A stretch of 62,991 nucleotides of DNA, counting the filler, from Nemertoderma westbladi (taxonomy: Eukaryota > Animalia > Xenacoelomorpha): assembly GCA_032718475.1 (NCBI GenBank). It is 3 parts of 3 records of this genome, joined end to end, with 100 filler letters (N's around TTAATTAATTAA, not from the genome) between each part and the next. Parts side by side here need not be neighbours in the genome. Positions count along the whole stretch, not along the records: positions 1 to 28,327 come from JAUCBJ010006427.1; positions 28,428 to 47,610 come from JAUCBJ010001810.1; 1 more part is not named here. One strand, given 5' to 3'. The position numbers were made by a program, and so were the translations under genes. The notes beneath the pieces were generated by a model. The model was given only the letters and a program-made list of their open reading frames with translations. It made no database searches and had not been told where the DNA came from. Below are positions 25,449-37,909 of the stretch, in pieces (the first letter of the stretch is position 1; each line of letters opens with the position of its first letter).

Positions 25449-28137
25449 ACAGTAGATTAATTGAGCTACCGTTACACGTACAGTAGGTTAATTGAGCTAA
25501 CGTTACACGTACAGTAGGGTAATTGGCTACCGTTACACGTACAGTAGATTAATTGAGCTACCGTTACACGTACAGTAGATTAATTGAGCTACCGTTACAC
25601 GTACAGTAGGGTAATTGAGCTACCGTTACACGTACAGTAGGTTAATTGAGCTACCGTTACACGTACAGTAGGGTAATTGAGCTACCGTTACACGTACAGT
25701 AGATTAATTGAGCTACCGTTACACGTACAGTAGGCTGGTAGGTTAATTGAGCTACCGTTACACGTACAGTAGATTAATTGAGCTACCGTTACACGTACAG
25801 TGGGTTAATTGAGCTACCGTTACACGTACAGTAGATTAATTGAGCTACCGTTACACGTACAGTAGATTAATTGAGCTACCGTTACACGTACAGTAGATTA
25901 ATTGAGCTACCGTTACACGTACAGTAGATTAATTGAGCTACCGTTACACGTACAGTAGGGTAATTGAGCTACCGTTACACGTACAGTAGATTAATTGAGC
26001 TACCGTTACACGTACAGTAGATTAATTGAGCTACCGTTACACGTACAGTAGAGTAATTGAGCTACCGTTACACGTACAGTAGATTAATTGAGCTACCGTT
26101 ACACGTACAGTAGGGTAATTGTGCTACCGTTACAAGTACAGTAGATTAATTGAGCTACCGTTACACGTACAGTAGATTAATTGAGCTACCGTTACACGTA
26201 CAGTAGATTAATTGAGCTACCGTTACACGTACAGTAGATTAATTGAGCTACCGTTACACTTACAGTAGATTAATTAAGCTACCGTTACACGTACAGTAGG
26301 GTAATTGAGCTACCGTTACACGTACAGTAGATTAATTGAGCTACCGTTACAAGTACAGTAGATTAATTGAACTACCGTTACACGTACAGTAGGGTAATTG
26401 AGCTACCGTTACACGTACAGTAGATTAATTGAGCTACCGTTACACGTACAGTAGATTAATTGAGCTACCGTTACACGTACAGTAGATTAATTGAGCTACC
26501 GTTACACGTACAGTAGGGTAATTGAGCTACCGTTACACGTACAGTAGATTAATTGAGCTACCGTTACACGTACAGTAGATTAATTGAGCTACCGTTACAC
26601 GTACAGTATATTAATTGAGCTACCGTTACACGTACAGTAGATTAATTGAGCTACCGTTACACGTACAGTAGGGTAATTGAGCTACCGTTACACGTACAGT
26701 AGGGTAATTGAGCTACCGTTACACGTACAGTAGATTAATTGAGCAACCGTTACACGTACAGTAGATTAATTGAGCTACCGTTACACGTACAGTAGATTAA
26801 TTGAGCTACCGTTACACGTACAGTATATTAATTGAGCTACCGTTACACGTACAGTAGATTAATTGAGCTACCGTTACACGTACAGTAGGGTAATTGAGCT
26901 ACCGTTACACGTACAGTAGGGTAATTGAGCTACCGTTACACGTACAGTAGATTAATTGAGCTACCGTTACACGTACAGTAGATTAATTGAGCTACCGTTA
27001 CACGTACAGTAGGGTAATTGAGCTACCGTTACACGTACAGTAGGGTAATTGAGCTACCGTTACACGTACAGTAGGGTAATTGAGCTACCGTTACACGTAC
27101 AGTAGGGTAATTGAGCTACCGTTACACGTACAGTAGATTAATTGAGCTACCGTTACACGTACAGTAGATTAATTGAGCTACCGTTACACGTACAGTAGGG
27201 TAATTGAGCTACCGTTACACGTACAGTAGGGTAATTGAGCTACCGTTACACGTACAGTAGGGTAATTGAGCTACCGTTACACGTACAGTAGGGTAATTGA
27301 GCTACCGTTACACGTACAGTAGATTAATTGAGCTACCGTTACACGTACAGTAGATTAATTGAGCTACCGTTACACGTACAGTAGGGTAATTGAGCTACCG
27401 TTACACGTACAGTAGGGTAATTGAGCTACCGTTACACGTACAGTAGATTAATTGAGCTACCGTTACACGTACAGTAGGGTAATTGAGCTACCGTTACACG
27501 TACAGTAGGGTAATTGAGCTACCGTTACACGTACAGTAGATTAATTGAGCTACCGTTACACGTACAGTAGATTAATTGAGCTACCGTTACACGTACAGTA
27601 GATTAATTGAGCTACCGTTACACGTACAGTATATTAATTGAGCTACCGTTACACGTACAGTAGATTAATTGAGCTACCGTTACACGTACAGTAGGGTAAT
27701 TGAGCTACCGTTACACGTACAGTAGGGTAATTGAGCTACCGTTACACGTACAGTAGGGTAATTGAGCTACCGTTACACGTACAGTAGATTAATTGAGCTA
27801 CCGTTACACGTACAGTAGATTAATTGAGCTACCGTTACACGTACAGTATATTAATTGAGCTACCGTTACACGTACAGTAGATTAATTGAGCTACCGTTAC
27901 ACGTACAGTAGGGTAATTGAGCTACCGTTACACGTACAGTAGGGTAATTGAGCTACCGTTACACGTACAGTAGGGTAATTGAGCTACCGTTACACGTACA
28001 GTAGATTAATTGAGCTACCGTTACACGTACAGTAGGTTAATTGAGCTACCGTTACACGTACAGTAGGGTAATTGAGCTACCGTTACACGTACAGTAGGGT
28101 AATTGAGCTACCGTTACACGTACAGTAGATTAATTGA
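25449..28137. repeat. 31-bp minisatellite (GTACAGTAGATTAATTGAGCTACCGTTACAC), about 87 units
   Basis: Period of 31 with two main variants, AGATT and AGGGT. Confidence 0.99.
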
Positions 28138-28327
28138 CCTGGTCCCGTAACGTAACGTTGCAGCACGGCTTCACAATCAGAATATTATTCTTTGTTATCC
28201 CGATGCGTTATGAAAGAAATAATGATAATAAATTCAATTTAAATTTGATTTTTTTAAATTAATAGCCGCGTAGCTGCTTACACAGGCAGGTAATAGTAAT
28301 CTCACATAGTAATCTCGATATCTCATG

Positions 28328-28427
28328 NNNNNNNNNNNNNNNNNNNNNNNNNNNNNNNNNNNNNNNNNNNNTTAATTAATTAANNNNNNNNNNNNNNNNN
28401 NNNNNNNNNNNNNNNNNNNNNNNNNNN
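28328..28427. other. Artificial contig linker (44 N + TTAATTAATTAA + 44 N)
   Basis: Exactly 100 bp, with a central 12-mer that has stop codons in all six frames. Identical to the linker at 47611-47710. Confidence 0.97.
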
Positions 28428-28945
28428 TCAATAGTATATATAATAATGTATATCGTTTAGTAATAAGGCTGCTGCCATGTCTTACTAAATGATATACATT
28501 CACCTAGTTTTACATTTACCCACATCCGTATTTTTGTACTTTAACGTGGCTTAAATACAGAACAAAAAACAGCACAATCTATTTTAATCAAACAGGTGCA
28601 CATATTATTATTATTATGATACACACTGGTGATGCACCCTATACTATCTAGTTATCAAAACCTAAGATAATCTACATGTCTTTCAGCAGACGTTACATGA
28701 ATGCCAATCTCTGATCACCACGTTTATTTTCGCCTGTCTGCTGCCACATAACAGGATCATGTACAGTACAGTCTGATCAGTTATACGATGGCAGAGGCTA
28801 GCATATCGCACTCGTAATGCCTGCAGCCTGGTGCCGGGCGTTGGCAATTCTCGGTGACTACCGAGATTGTTATATTGATTATGAAAATTTCGGCACATGG
28901 TAACTCTTCCACTGCTAATTACTGAATTACAATACCTGTAGCCCA

Positions 28946-29023
28946 TACTGTATACTGTATACTGTATACTGTATACTGTATACTGTATACTGTATACTGT
29001 ATACTGTATACTGTATACTGTAT
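28946..29023. repeat. (TATACTG)n 7-bp microsatellite, about 11 units
   Basis: Direct reading; equivalent to tandem TACTGTA. Confidence 0.95.
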
Positions 29024-29229
29024 ATGTTTGGCGCAATTTTCAAATCTCAACCAAGATTTCTGCTTAGATTTCGGTCAAGATTTCAATTTAGTTTTAAGAT
29101 TAAAATCTAAACCAGTCACCGTGAATGTCAAGCAGTCGCTGAGATCTTCACATTTTGAAGCCCGCTGCAGCTCATCGATATTTTTATTTTGTATTCTTGG
29201 AATTCAATATTTTAAGTAAGTATTACACA

Positions 29230-29430
29230 ATTCGCCCATGTGAAGAATACCAGGTTTTCACTTTTCGGTGAAAATTTTGTTGGAATTTTATATAAAAAGA
29301 ATTTGTATTTTGTTTTTTTTCCTTACTCCTACTTATGTGTTTTATAGCTTTATTTCTACCTGTCTTACAACATTTTACAGATACAAATCGTTTATTATTT
29401 TGGTTAGATTTAGACCTTCTGTAACCTTAG
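29230..29430. repeat. Dispersed repeat, inverted relative to 37235-37430
   Basis: CATGTGAAGAATACCAGGTTTT / AAAACCTGGTATTCTACACATG and TGGTTAGATTTAGACCTTCTGTAA / TTACAGAAGGGCTAAATTTAACCA are reverse-complement matches. Confidence 0.65.
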
Positions 29431-30434
29431 TTTTAAGTGAAAAGCTGGTAACGGTATATACAAATTTTGGGTCACAAAGTTTGTAGTTTGTAATTATGCT
29501 TGTTTTAAGGGAGGGAGGTACTCCAAAAAAATTTATTTTTTATTCTTTCTAATCTACTGACAAATTTACAAATTTGCAAATTTACTGACTAAAAAACTTT
29601 AATGACTTTAATGCTTGTTGTACTGTAATCTAATCTGCCAGTCTGTCGGTCGGTCTGTCTGTTTGTCTGTCTATACATCAAAATATAATAAACCCCAAAA
29701 TGTTCACATTAGGGCTTTTCGTAATCAGTTATTTCATTTACGCCATAAGTTCCATATACCAGTACAGTTTTTAATCAGAAGGCAATCGGTTGTTAATGTT
29801 GTACATACATTTGTTGCAAAGTACTTTACAAATTAATGATCTTATTATTTTTATTCTTCCTATTCTTCCTTATGATTGTAAGCTTATGTACTCACTCACG
29901 CAATTGTTATTTAAATATTGATTGTTATTATATTCGTTTATACACGAATATTACAGTTCCGCAATTAGCACAAGTGTGATGGACGTCTTTGAAGGCATCG
30001 AAGCATAAAGCGAACAGCGAACAACAGGCAATAACGAAACAGCCGAACAGAACTGCCAACCACATGAATGTTCCGTTCACGTAGTTACAAACCGTCAATC
30101 CATTGTGATTACAGTTGGGACATGTCGCAATTGCTGGGTACTGACCTAGTGGTATTACGTATCCTCTGAAATAATATTAGATCATCATTAAAAACGGATT
30201 ACATGTGGTTGACTACTTTCTGATTACTGTACTCTCTCATACAAAGATACCATAGTATCTCATGTTGCAATTATAAATAATAATTTGTAAGAAGCAAAAA
30301 TATACATTTATTATAATGTACAATACCGGCAATTATTATAAACATTACTTTATATGTACTACTGCATAATTTGACAACAAATTCACTTTTCGGTAATTCT
30401 CAGATCAGATTCTATTAAGTTTCCTTTTACTCTG

Positions 30435-31260
30435 CTACTACTGTAGTTTAATCGGCCTTCTGCTTTGTACCTGCGGATTGAGGTTACTATGCGAGCTTAA
30501 CCACAAATGTATGATACCACCCTGCAACCCACAATGTACTGTACATAGTGCATGCTGCAATACAGCCTGCATTAACAATGCTATGCCGGCTTTCGAAAAC
30601 ATTGCGCCGCCACCGATTCCACCCCCACAAGACTTTAGCGAGATTATCCGCATCTTCAAGGCATCATTTAAGAGGCGACTCGAAATTAATGGGTCGTCTA
30701 CCAGGCTTATTCTCTCCATGAGATTTTTCATTGGCTTCTCCTCTCGGCGAAAGCAATGTCCTGTGAAGTGGAGGCGGCTTTGTGCAAGTGACAGGCTTAG
30801 GGGGACCCTATGAGACACATCAAATGCTGTATTGTGTTGGTTGGAGATGTGTGCATTATACTTGACACATTGAACCCGACGTAGCATTATTGTGTATGTA
30901 GAATCCAGAGATTTGGTGTCCTCAGCAATTAGAGCCCAGCATGGATTCCCATAGAGGATTACTGGTTCAACTGCTGCCATAAATAAACGAACCTTGACAT
31001 TGCGTTTCTTTCTATGGCACTTCCAAACATTCCGCAACCATTATTCCATGTAGCAGAAGTCATTCACATACACCAGGAAGCTGCTATCCATGGAGATTAT
31101 CCGCTCATAATGTCAGACATTTCCTGAACTCTGCCAAAGTTCACTGTGAAAACATTGGTCTTCTTGGAGTTTACAAAAAGTCTATCAATGGTTGCAACCT
31201 GTTTCAATGAGCAGAGGTGCCTTGGGCTCTCTCCAGTACAGTCTTTCCGACAGCACTTGT
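30435..31260 (-). mobile_element. Degraded 3' fragment of an RTE-type LINE, same family as 43225-45608
   Basis: The translation (KVRLFMAAVEPVILYGNPCWALIAEDTKSLD...RLHFTGHCFRRE) closely matches ORF 43263-43760, and nucleotide blocks such as AGAGATTTGGTGTCCTCAGCA are shared. Frameshifts and deletions are present. Confidence 0.88.
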
Positions 31261-32403
31261 AAGTCAACAGCAGAGTAAATAAGAGATCAGGTATTACGAA
31301 CAAAATTTTACGACTATTTCCAGAGCGCCCCCCCCCCCCCCCCCCCCCCCGACCTATTCTTCCCAGAGGAAACTCCAGTACTAATTTAGCTACCATTTAG
31401 GGATGCAAGTCAGAGATGCGCCCTGGCTAGTCCCTTTAAAGCATTCGTGCCGAAATGGCCCCCATGGCGTGGCCCCCATGCGAGTATCGAACTGATGACC
31501 TTAGGAGAGATGTGTTTGACCAATGTTGGACCTTAACGTTTGTCTGGATTTACTCTACTTCTTGTGCCAGTACGACGTTACCTTCACACCATCTTTAATA
31601 ACATTGTCTCAGGACATTCGTAGACATAATCAATATTAAACATGAAATGGTGCAAGTGGGTCACCTTGGACGATTTCCCATAGGACCTGAACGATTCCCC
31701 GCAAATAGAGTTAATATGGCCAGATTTTTGGTCCATGGGATTTTTTCATCTATATACAGTACCAGTAGTTACCAAAAAACAATTTTTGCACTTTTGTCAT
31801 AATTTTATATTTTTTTTGTCGTTAAGACTTACGCTGAAATAACACCCGGTGGTGGGGGTTGGCGGGGCCCATAGGATGGTGGAGGTTGATTGCTGTATGT
31901 TGCTCCAGACTGACTGTATCCTACTTCGGGATTTGACATAATTTCTCAGTGTTCAACATTAGGCAGCAGACTACAGTAGATAAAGTATTAGATATTTCAG
32001 TTATTGTTTCAGCAAACCTATAATAATTTTTATTACATAGTTAAAATGTTTTTATTACTTAATATTACTTTGACATTTAAGTTAAACACCGACCCGACGA
32101 CAAGTTTATGATTCAAATAAATTGTAAAATAATGACTCATAAATAAGATATTAATTACTGTACTAAAAATAACAACGTCATCCCTTTCTTGGCAACTATA
32201 TCGAATTTTGGCCCCTTGGTTTCCTAGCGACAATGCAGACGGCTACTCGACTGTGTGTACATAACTTGTTTACCTTACCTTACTCTGAAAATAATGCATT
32301 CAGTGAGACGTGGCATTCACGTTCGTGGGACCTTCGCGCAGCACGAGGCTCAGTTATCAGATACAGATTAAAATTGAACAATTCTATCACAAAATCGGTA
32401 TTT

Positions 32404-35400
32404 CGTCCCTATTAAAACATAAGGCCCTAACTCACAAAATCATGTTTTGAGAAAATCGACGATTCTAAGTAATTCGCATACGTGCTTTCAGAAAATCGCA
32501 CTTTCAAAGCCATAGCATTAGCCATTCTCGAGATATTAAGCTTTGCATAACGCCCTAACTCCGCAATTTACACTGTTCGAATGGCAGCCAATATTTTTTC
32601 ATAACGCCCTAACTCCCATCTACCATAGACATTACATAGTATCCACTCCTAACAACCAATCCAATAGTATTATTCATAGGAAAGCCTTTCAAAAACAACG
32701 AGGGGTATTTAAAGTAGTGTTACGTGCATGGTGTGCTGTATGCAGAATCGCCATACTGCAGATACTACTATACTGCATTTAGGCATTTTCATTTCACATC
32801 CGCGATGTCGTCAAGAAAGACTTGCCCAAAGAGGCTGAGGAAATGTAGAGTGGACTCCTACTGCTACAACGCCAAACAACACGAAAAGAAGAAAAGTAAA
32901 GCTGGGTGCTCTAAAGATTCTGTAGCGCTTCTGTCAGATCATACATACTGTAGCACTGCATATAGACCCCCAAACGGTAATTTCGTCAATGCAGCCACAG
33001 AAAGACTTTCTGTGGCTGCACAGGATGAAGAGATCACAACAGCTCTGGATCCTATGTTATGTGTCCTAGATATCTCCAGCGACAGTGATAATGTTCTTGG
33101 TCCACATGATGTCAACTTGTGGAGTGGGCTTCAGGATATAATCTTGGGAGAAGCCCAGGAAATACAGTTTGAAGTACAGCAGGATACTGAAGTTGATGCG
33201 GGGATATCAGATGCATTCCACGACGTGGATTTGCAATTCTGTCGATTTCGGGACGATGATTTATTGGGAGGTTTTCAAGATATAGATCAATGGGGTGGAT
33301 TACAATATTTAGACCTTGGGGTTGTGCGTGCTGTAGGTGAGATTGGCGAAGATGGAGAACATGATTTACGAGCATCACTAGATCCAGGTACAGATGGTAG
33401 CATATTTAATACAGGTTTCTGCTATCAACCACAGGATTGTGAGTTAGGAAGTGCACCCCAAGATCCGAGTAGTGATCCAAACTATTATCCAAGTAGCGAG
33501 AGTGAGAATTCTGCAGATGTTGAGCAGCCTACAGAGACTTATATTGAAGCCCCCAATCCAATGAAGAAAGGCAGGAAAATCAAACCATATAGCAGCAAAG
33601 AGAGGCACAACCTACGAGAGAAGGGTCTGTCATATACCACGAAATTCGGGAAGGTCAAACCAGCTCGCAGTATGAGGCAAGTGCAATGTAAGTGTCCCCA
33701 TGGATGCTCTGGGAAAGGGACAGATGGAGATCGACAGCATAATTTCGACTTGTACTGGAAGGAAACAGATGAGAGGCAAGGTCGCCATAACTTTCTCAAT
33801 TCCATGATTCGTGTAGGTGGAACACAGCAGAAGTCATCGAGTGTAATAACGAAACATAGATCAAGTTCTAAGAGGTATTTCTTGCTCAAAGATGGCCAAA
33901 AAGAGCAGGTGTGCAGAGCATTCTTCCTGGGAACATTGAGTGTTGGTGAAAAGGAGGTTAGGTGGATGTTGGGCTACAAAACTGAGGCTAAGCTTCCGTC
34001 TAAAGACAAACGTGGTGGAAACACTCGGGGAAAAGCTGGTATAAGAGCATCTGTTCACAAATTCATAAATAAGCTGCCAATAATGGAGCCGCACTACGTT
34101 CGAAATAATTCCCGCCGCAAGTACCTGCCTCAGCGTTTCAAGAACCTGACCAATCTTTATCGCATTTATAAGAAAGACACGTTGCTTAAAGACAAGGTCT
34201 CAAAATCGACATTTCGATCGATTTTTCTAAGTGACGTTGGTTTTCACCAACCCAAGAAGGATAAATGCGTTATTTGTCATCGAAAAGATACTGGTGGTGA
34301 TTACAGTGAGTAAGAATACAAATCTCACGTGGAAGAGAAGAATGCTGTGAATAACTATTTCTTGAAATGTCAAAGTGAGTCCAAGGAGGCCGAATATAAT
34401 TACATTGTTGCTAGTTTCGACCTACAAAAGGTATTGAATACACCCCATGGTGACTCTATGTTAACTGGTTATAGTAGGAAACTGGCACAGTATAATCAGT
34501 CTGTCTACGAAAGCAATTCGAATCGTGGTATATGTTACCTTTGGGGGGAGTGGCAGGCAGGACGTGGAGCCAATGAAACAGCTAGTTGTGTTTATCAGTA
34601 CTTACGAAGCATCGATCTGCCAACGAATCTGAATGTAAAGTTGTTTTGTGACAGTTGTGGGGGGTAAAATAAAAATCGGGGAGTCGTAGCCATGATTTAT
34701 CACCAACTAATCCGTTCCGATCACATTGAAACAATCGAGCTCAATTATCTCATTCCTGGCCACACGTATATGCCAGTCGATTCGATCCACAGCACCATTG
34801 AGAGATCTGTTTCCAACATGATGGTTTGGGCACCATCCATGTGGGCAGGGATTATCTTAGGTACTAGACAAGATGAAGCTACTGTTCCTTACGAGGTTCA
34901 GGTGTTGGAAACTAAGAACGTTCTGAAGTGGATGGAAGCTGCAGATGACATTCTTCCTTTAATGATGGTGGATGAGGCAAATGAAAGAGTCAGGTGGTCG
35001 AAAATGCGAAGGGTGTTATTTCTTCGGGGCAGCGATACAATGGACATACAGTATACGTCGAATTCCCAGCCGGTGAAAGTCAAGTTCATACGTGGTTTTG
35101 GTCGTCGGTCTAATTTGCTAGATCTACCAAAGCGAGCCTTTGAGTTTAAGCCTTGCATATCCAGAGCCAAATATAATGACTTAATGAAGTTAGTGAAGAA
35201 TGGCGTTATTCCTAAAATCTTTCATCGGACTCTCAGATACTTGGCTCTCAGACCAGGTGATGAGGTTCGCGACTCTCTAGATGAAACCGACGAGGAGGAG
35301 GTCATAGATGAGGAATGAAACGGTGACTAACTGAAACATTTATCTCTCATAGACTGGAGTACAGTAGATTGTTATAGCGGAGATCCGAGTTTGGACTAAT

Positions 35401-35945
35401 GAATATCAACGGTTTCTTTCTTGTTCTTTCCTCTGTACTCTACTCTACTTTATACTTTGTTGTTTTTTATTCATATCGATGTTAAATCAATACTTGAGTG
35501 ACGTTGCATTGAAATCGAAAATTTTCAATAATGGCAAGACATAAAGGCTGCTGCAAGACATTTCCTGCAGTGTGATTGACAGTTCCAAACACACACAGAC
35601 ACACGACATGAGAAAATTTTTTCAATATACAGTACCAAAAACGCGCTGTATTTTCCACTCCTTAATACATATATACAGTGCAGCGAAATGTTAGGGCGTT
35701 TTGAATTGACACACATCTTCCAAAGTTGGTTTTTTCAAAACGCCCCTAACTAATATTTTTTAAAATTTCCATTCCAAATGTCCATTTCGGACAGATTATA
35801 ATAGCAAAATCAAATTCCTTGTATTCCTTTTGCCTAAAAATCGCATTTTCAGCGCCTTACAAGGATCCATGAATTTATAGTAAAAAAAGTCGATTTTCTC
35901 AAAACATGATTTTTTGAGTTAGGGCCTTATGTTTTAATAGGGACG
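32404..35945 (+). mobile_element. Complete Sola1-type DNA transposon (3542 bp)
   Basis: 57-bp TIRs at 32404-32460 and 35889-35945 with one mismatch. 4-bp ATTT TSD at 32400-32403 and 35946-35949, fitting the AWWT preference of Sola1. Subterminal repeats of the TIR motif GCCCTAAC. Carries a transposase. Confidence 0.9.
32805..35318 (+). pseudogene. Sola1-type DDD transposase, about 837 codons, interrupted by two in-frame TAA codons (34311-34313, 34665-34667)
   Basis: The three ORFs (32724, 34329, 34692) share one frame. Motifs: VCRAFFLGTL, PHYVR..SRRKYL, FHQPKKDKCVIC, SFDLQKVLNTP, CYLWGE..AGRGANE..SC, FCDSCGG*NKN, GHTYMPVDSIHSTIE, ISRAKYNDL. Confidence 0.88.
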
Positions 35946-36438
35946 ATTTAAGAAATAACCAAACCGCCAATAAGAATAAATCAAAGAAGAGAGAAAAGTT
36001 CCCCCCCTTTAGCATCAGCTCCCCTCTTAATCTGAAACACCCAAACCAAAAGACGCACAGAGGATTGATAAAAGGCAGGTATGTATGTATTATCAGGAAA
36101 TATTGAATTTTGAGCATAGAGGCGACCTAATTTGTAAGAAATCTTACCTTACGCCGATAGTATTGATACTGAAATATTAATTTATCACGTCAACACCTCA
36201 ACGAAATTACAGTATATTTACTGGAGCTAATTATTCTGGAGAATCACAATTAAATACTCAGCCAATCATTTTGAGAGATAAATAATACTGACACCTTACA
36301 CTATAGCCTATGTCCGATAGATGTAATTACCCGTTGCCAAGTAGTGCTGAGGTGGTTTGACTGGTTCCCAGCGCCAGCAGATAGGCTAGGCAATATCAAG
36401 CATGTCAATGAATGAGAGAGCTGTATAGAGATACGGTG

Positions 36439-36877
36439 GCATTTTGATAACTTAATTAAGTTTAGATCAATTAAAAACACATTTCTTAAAGCAAATCTCT
36501 TGAACTAATTAAAAACTATATTGGAATGGGTTATTGGGAATACAGTTATATAAATTTGAAGTATAATTATTTAAATCTTATACTAGAAAATAATTAATAT
36601 CCTTTAAGAGGCAGGTTGAAATTGCTGTTTTTACCCTAATCAACTTAATTAAGTAATTAACTGCTATTATCTTAGCTTCTCGAAGGCCACACGGAAATTC
36701 AACTTTGAAAATTCCTAAACGTTTGCCAAACAACATGTGTACCAAGTTTGGATAGATTTCATCGAAGATTGGCCGAGTTATTAACGTTTAAAATTGAACA
36801 CAACAGATCAACAGACACACCGATTGAGTCAGTGGTAACTGTATGCTAAGCTCGCTTACTTTCGTGGCTCGCCCCAC
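36439..36877 (+). mobile_element. Dispersed non-autonomous repeat, copy 2
   Basis: Colinear with 23304-23820. Confidence 0.75.
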
Positions 36878-37909
36878 ATTCTACATGCTGTTCTGGTTTC
36901 TCCATCTACTGTACATTGTGTTAACGACCGCAAATAAAGGGACTGTTAAACAAACGTTATGAAAACCAGTGCATACAAACATGGTATCCAGATTACAGAT
37001 ATGGCAGCAATACTAAGGACCTATATTTACATAAAAATATAATTTATTTAAAAAAAACTAATAAAGTTTATTTTTTTTTGTTGAATTTCTGGAGTTTGAC
37101 CTTTCTTGCATGTACTGATAGCTGGTGTACCACCCGCCCCATGTGAAATATACCCGACTTTCTGCTGTTATATTTCACCCATGCCATGTGCAGTTTATCC
37201 CCCTGTGGAGAATTCCAAGATTCCACCTAAATACCCAGTTTACAGAAGGGCTAAATTTAACCAAAACTATACAAATTAGTATCGAATAGGTTATAAAATG
37301 TAAATAAATACAATAGAACTCTTGATGGGGATAAATTAAAAATATACAAATTCTTTATATAGACATTTTAAATTAAATTTCGACAAAAAAGTGAAAAAAA
37401 AACCTGGTATTCTACACATGAGCGCAAAAAATATATAACAACAACATACCCCAATATAGACAGGCACACTCTATATCCCTATGGCCTCTCTACCAAATGA
37501 ACAGACTATCCTATCTAAGATTCGACTATCTACTATTCCATAATCCGACTCAAAGAGAAAATGGATCATGACTCCCTGAAACATAGATAGAATCCCTGAA
37601 ACAATATGTCAGGCGCGTCGAAAGTACCTGGCCTTCACTAAAAATATGTCCTCTTTCAGATGAGACAAATAAAAATAGAATTGCTCCAGTACTTTTCGAG
37701 ATACGAGAAGTTCTTGGCACCCATACCATATCAACACGACTTTTTGGAATTTATAAAATTCACAAAATCACACTCAAAGACTTTGGTATAACCAATAAAA
37801 ACCATAATATTTTATTGTTTTGTTGAATTCATTATCAGAAATCGAAAGCAAGATTAGAAGCAAAATTTTCATTTGTTTTTGTTTTTTTTAATTTACGCTC
37901 CCATGCAAT

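Noticed and set aside
1-28137. CRISPR-like arrays (units of 23-46 bp with palindromes)
   Set aside because: Head-to-tail repeats with no unique spacers, no cas genes, and a eukaryotic context.
28372-28383. TTAATTAATTAA between N runs (also 47655-47666)
   Set aside because: Synthetic six-frame-stop linker. Adjacency across it is not evidence of biological linkage.
31451-31512. Possible hammerhead ribozyme (CTGATGA) or tRNA 3' half upstream of the degraded RTE
   Set aside because: No properly placed GAAA or flanking stems. Only a B-box-like GTTCGATAC on the minus strand with no A box or cloverleaf, so at most a SINE remnant.
34311-34667. TAA reassigned to Gln (alternative genetic code), suggested by DSCGG*NKN and a terminal TGA
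   Set aside because: The in-frame TAA in the RTE (43818-43820) falls at a Ser position (YLGSW). The Merlin ORF ends in TAA and RABL2 in TAG at their expected C-termini. Ordinary nonsense mutations explain the stops.
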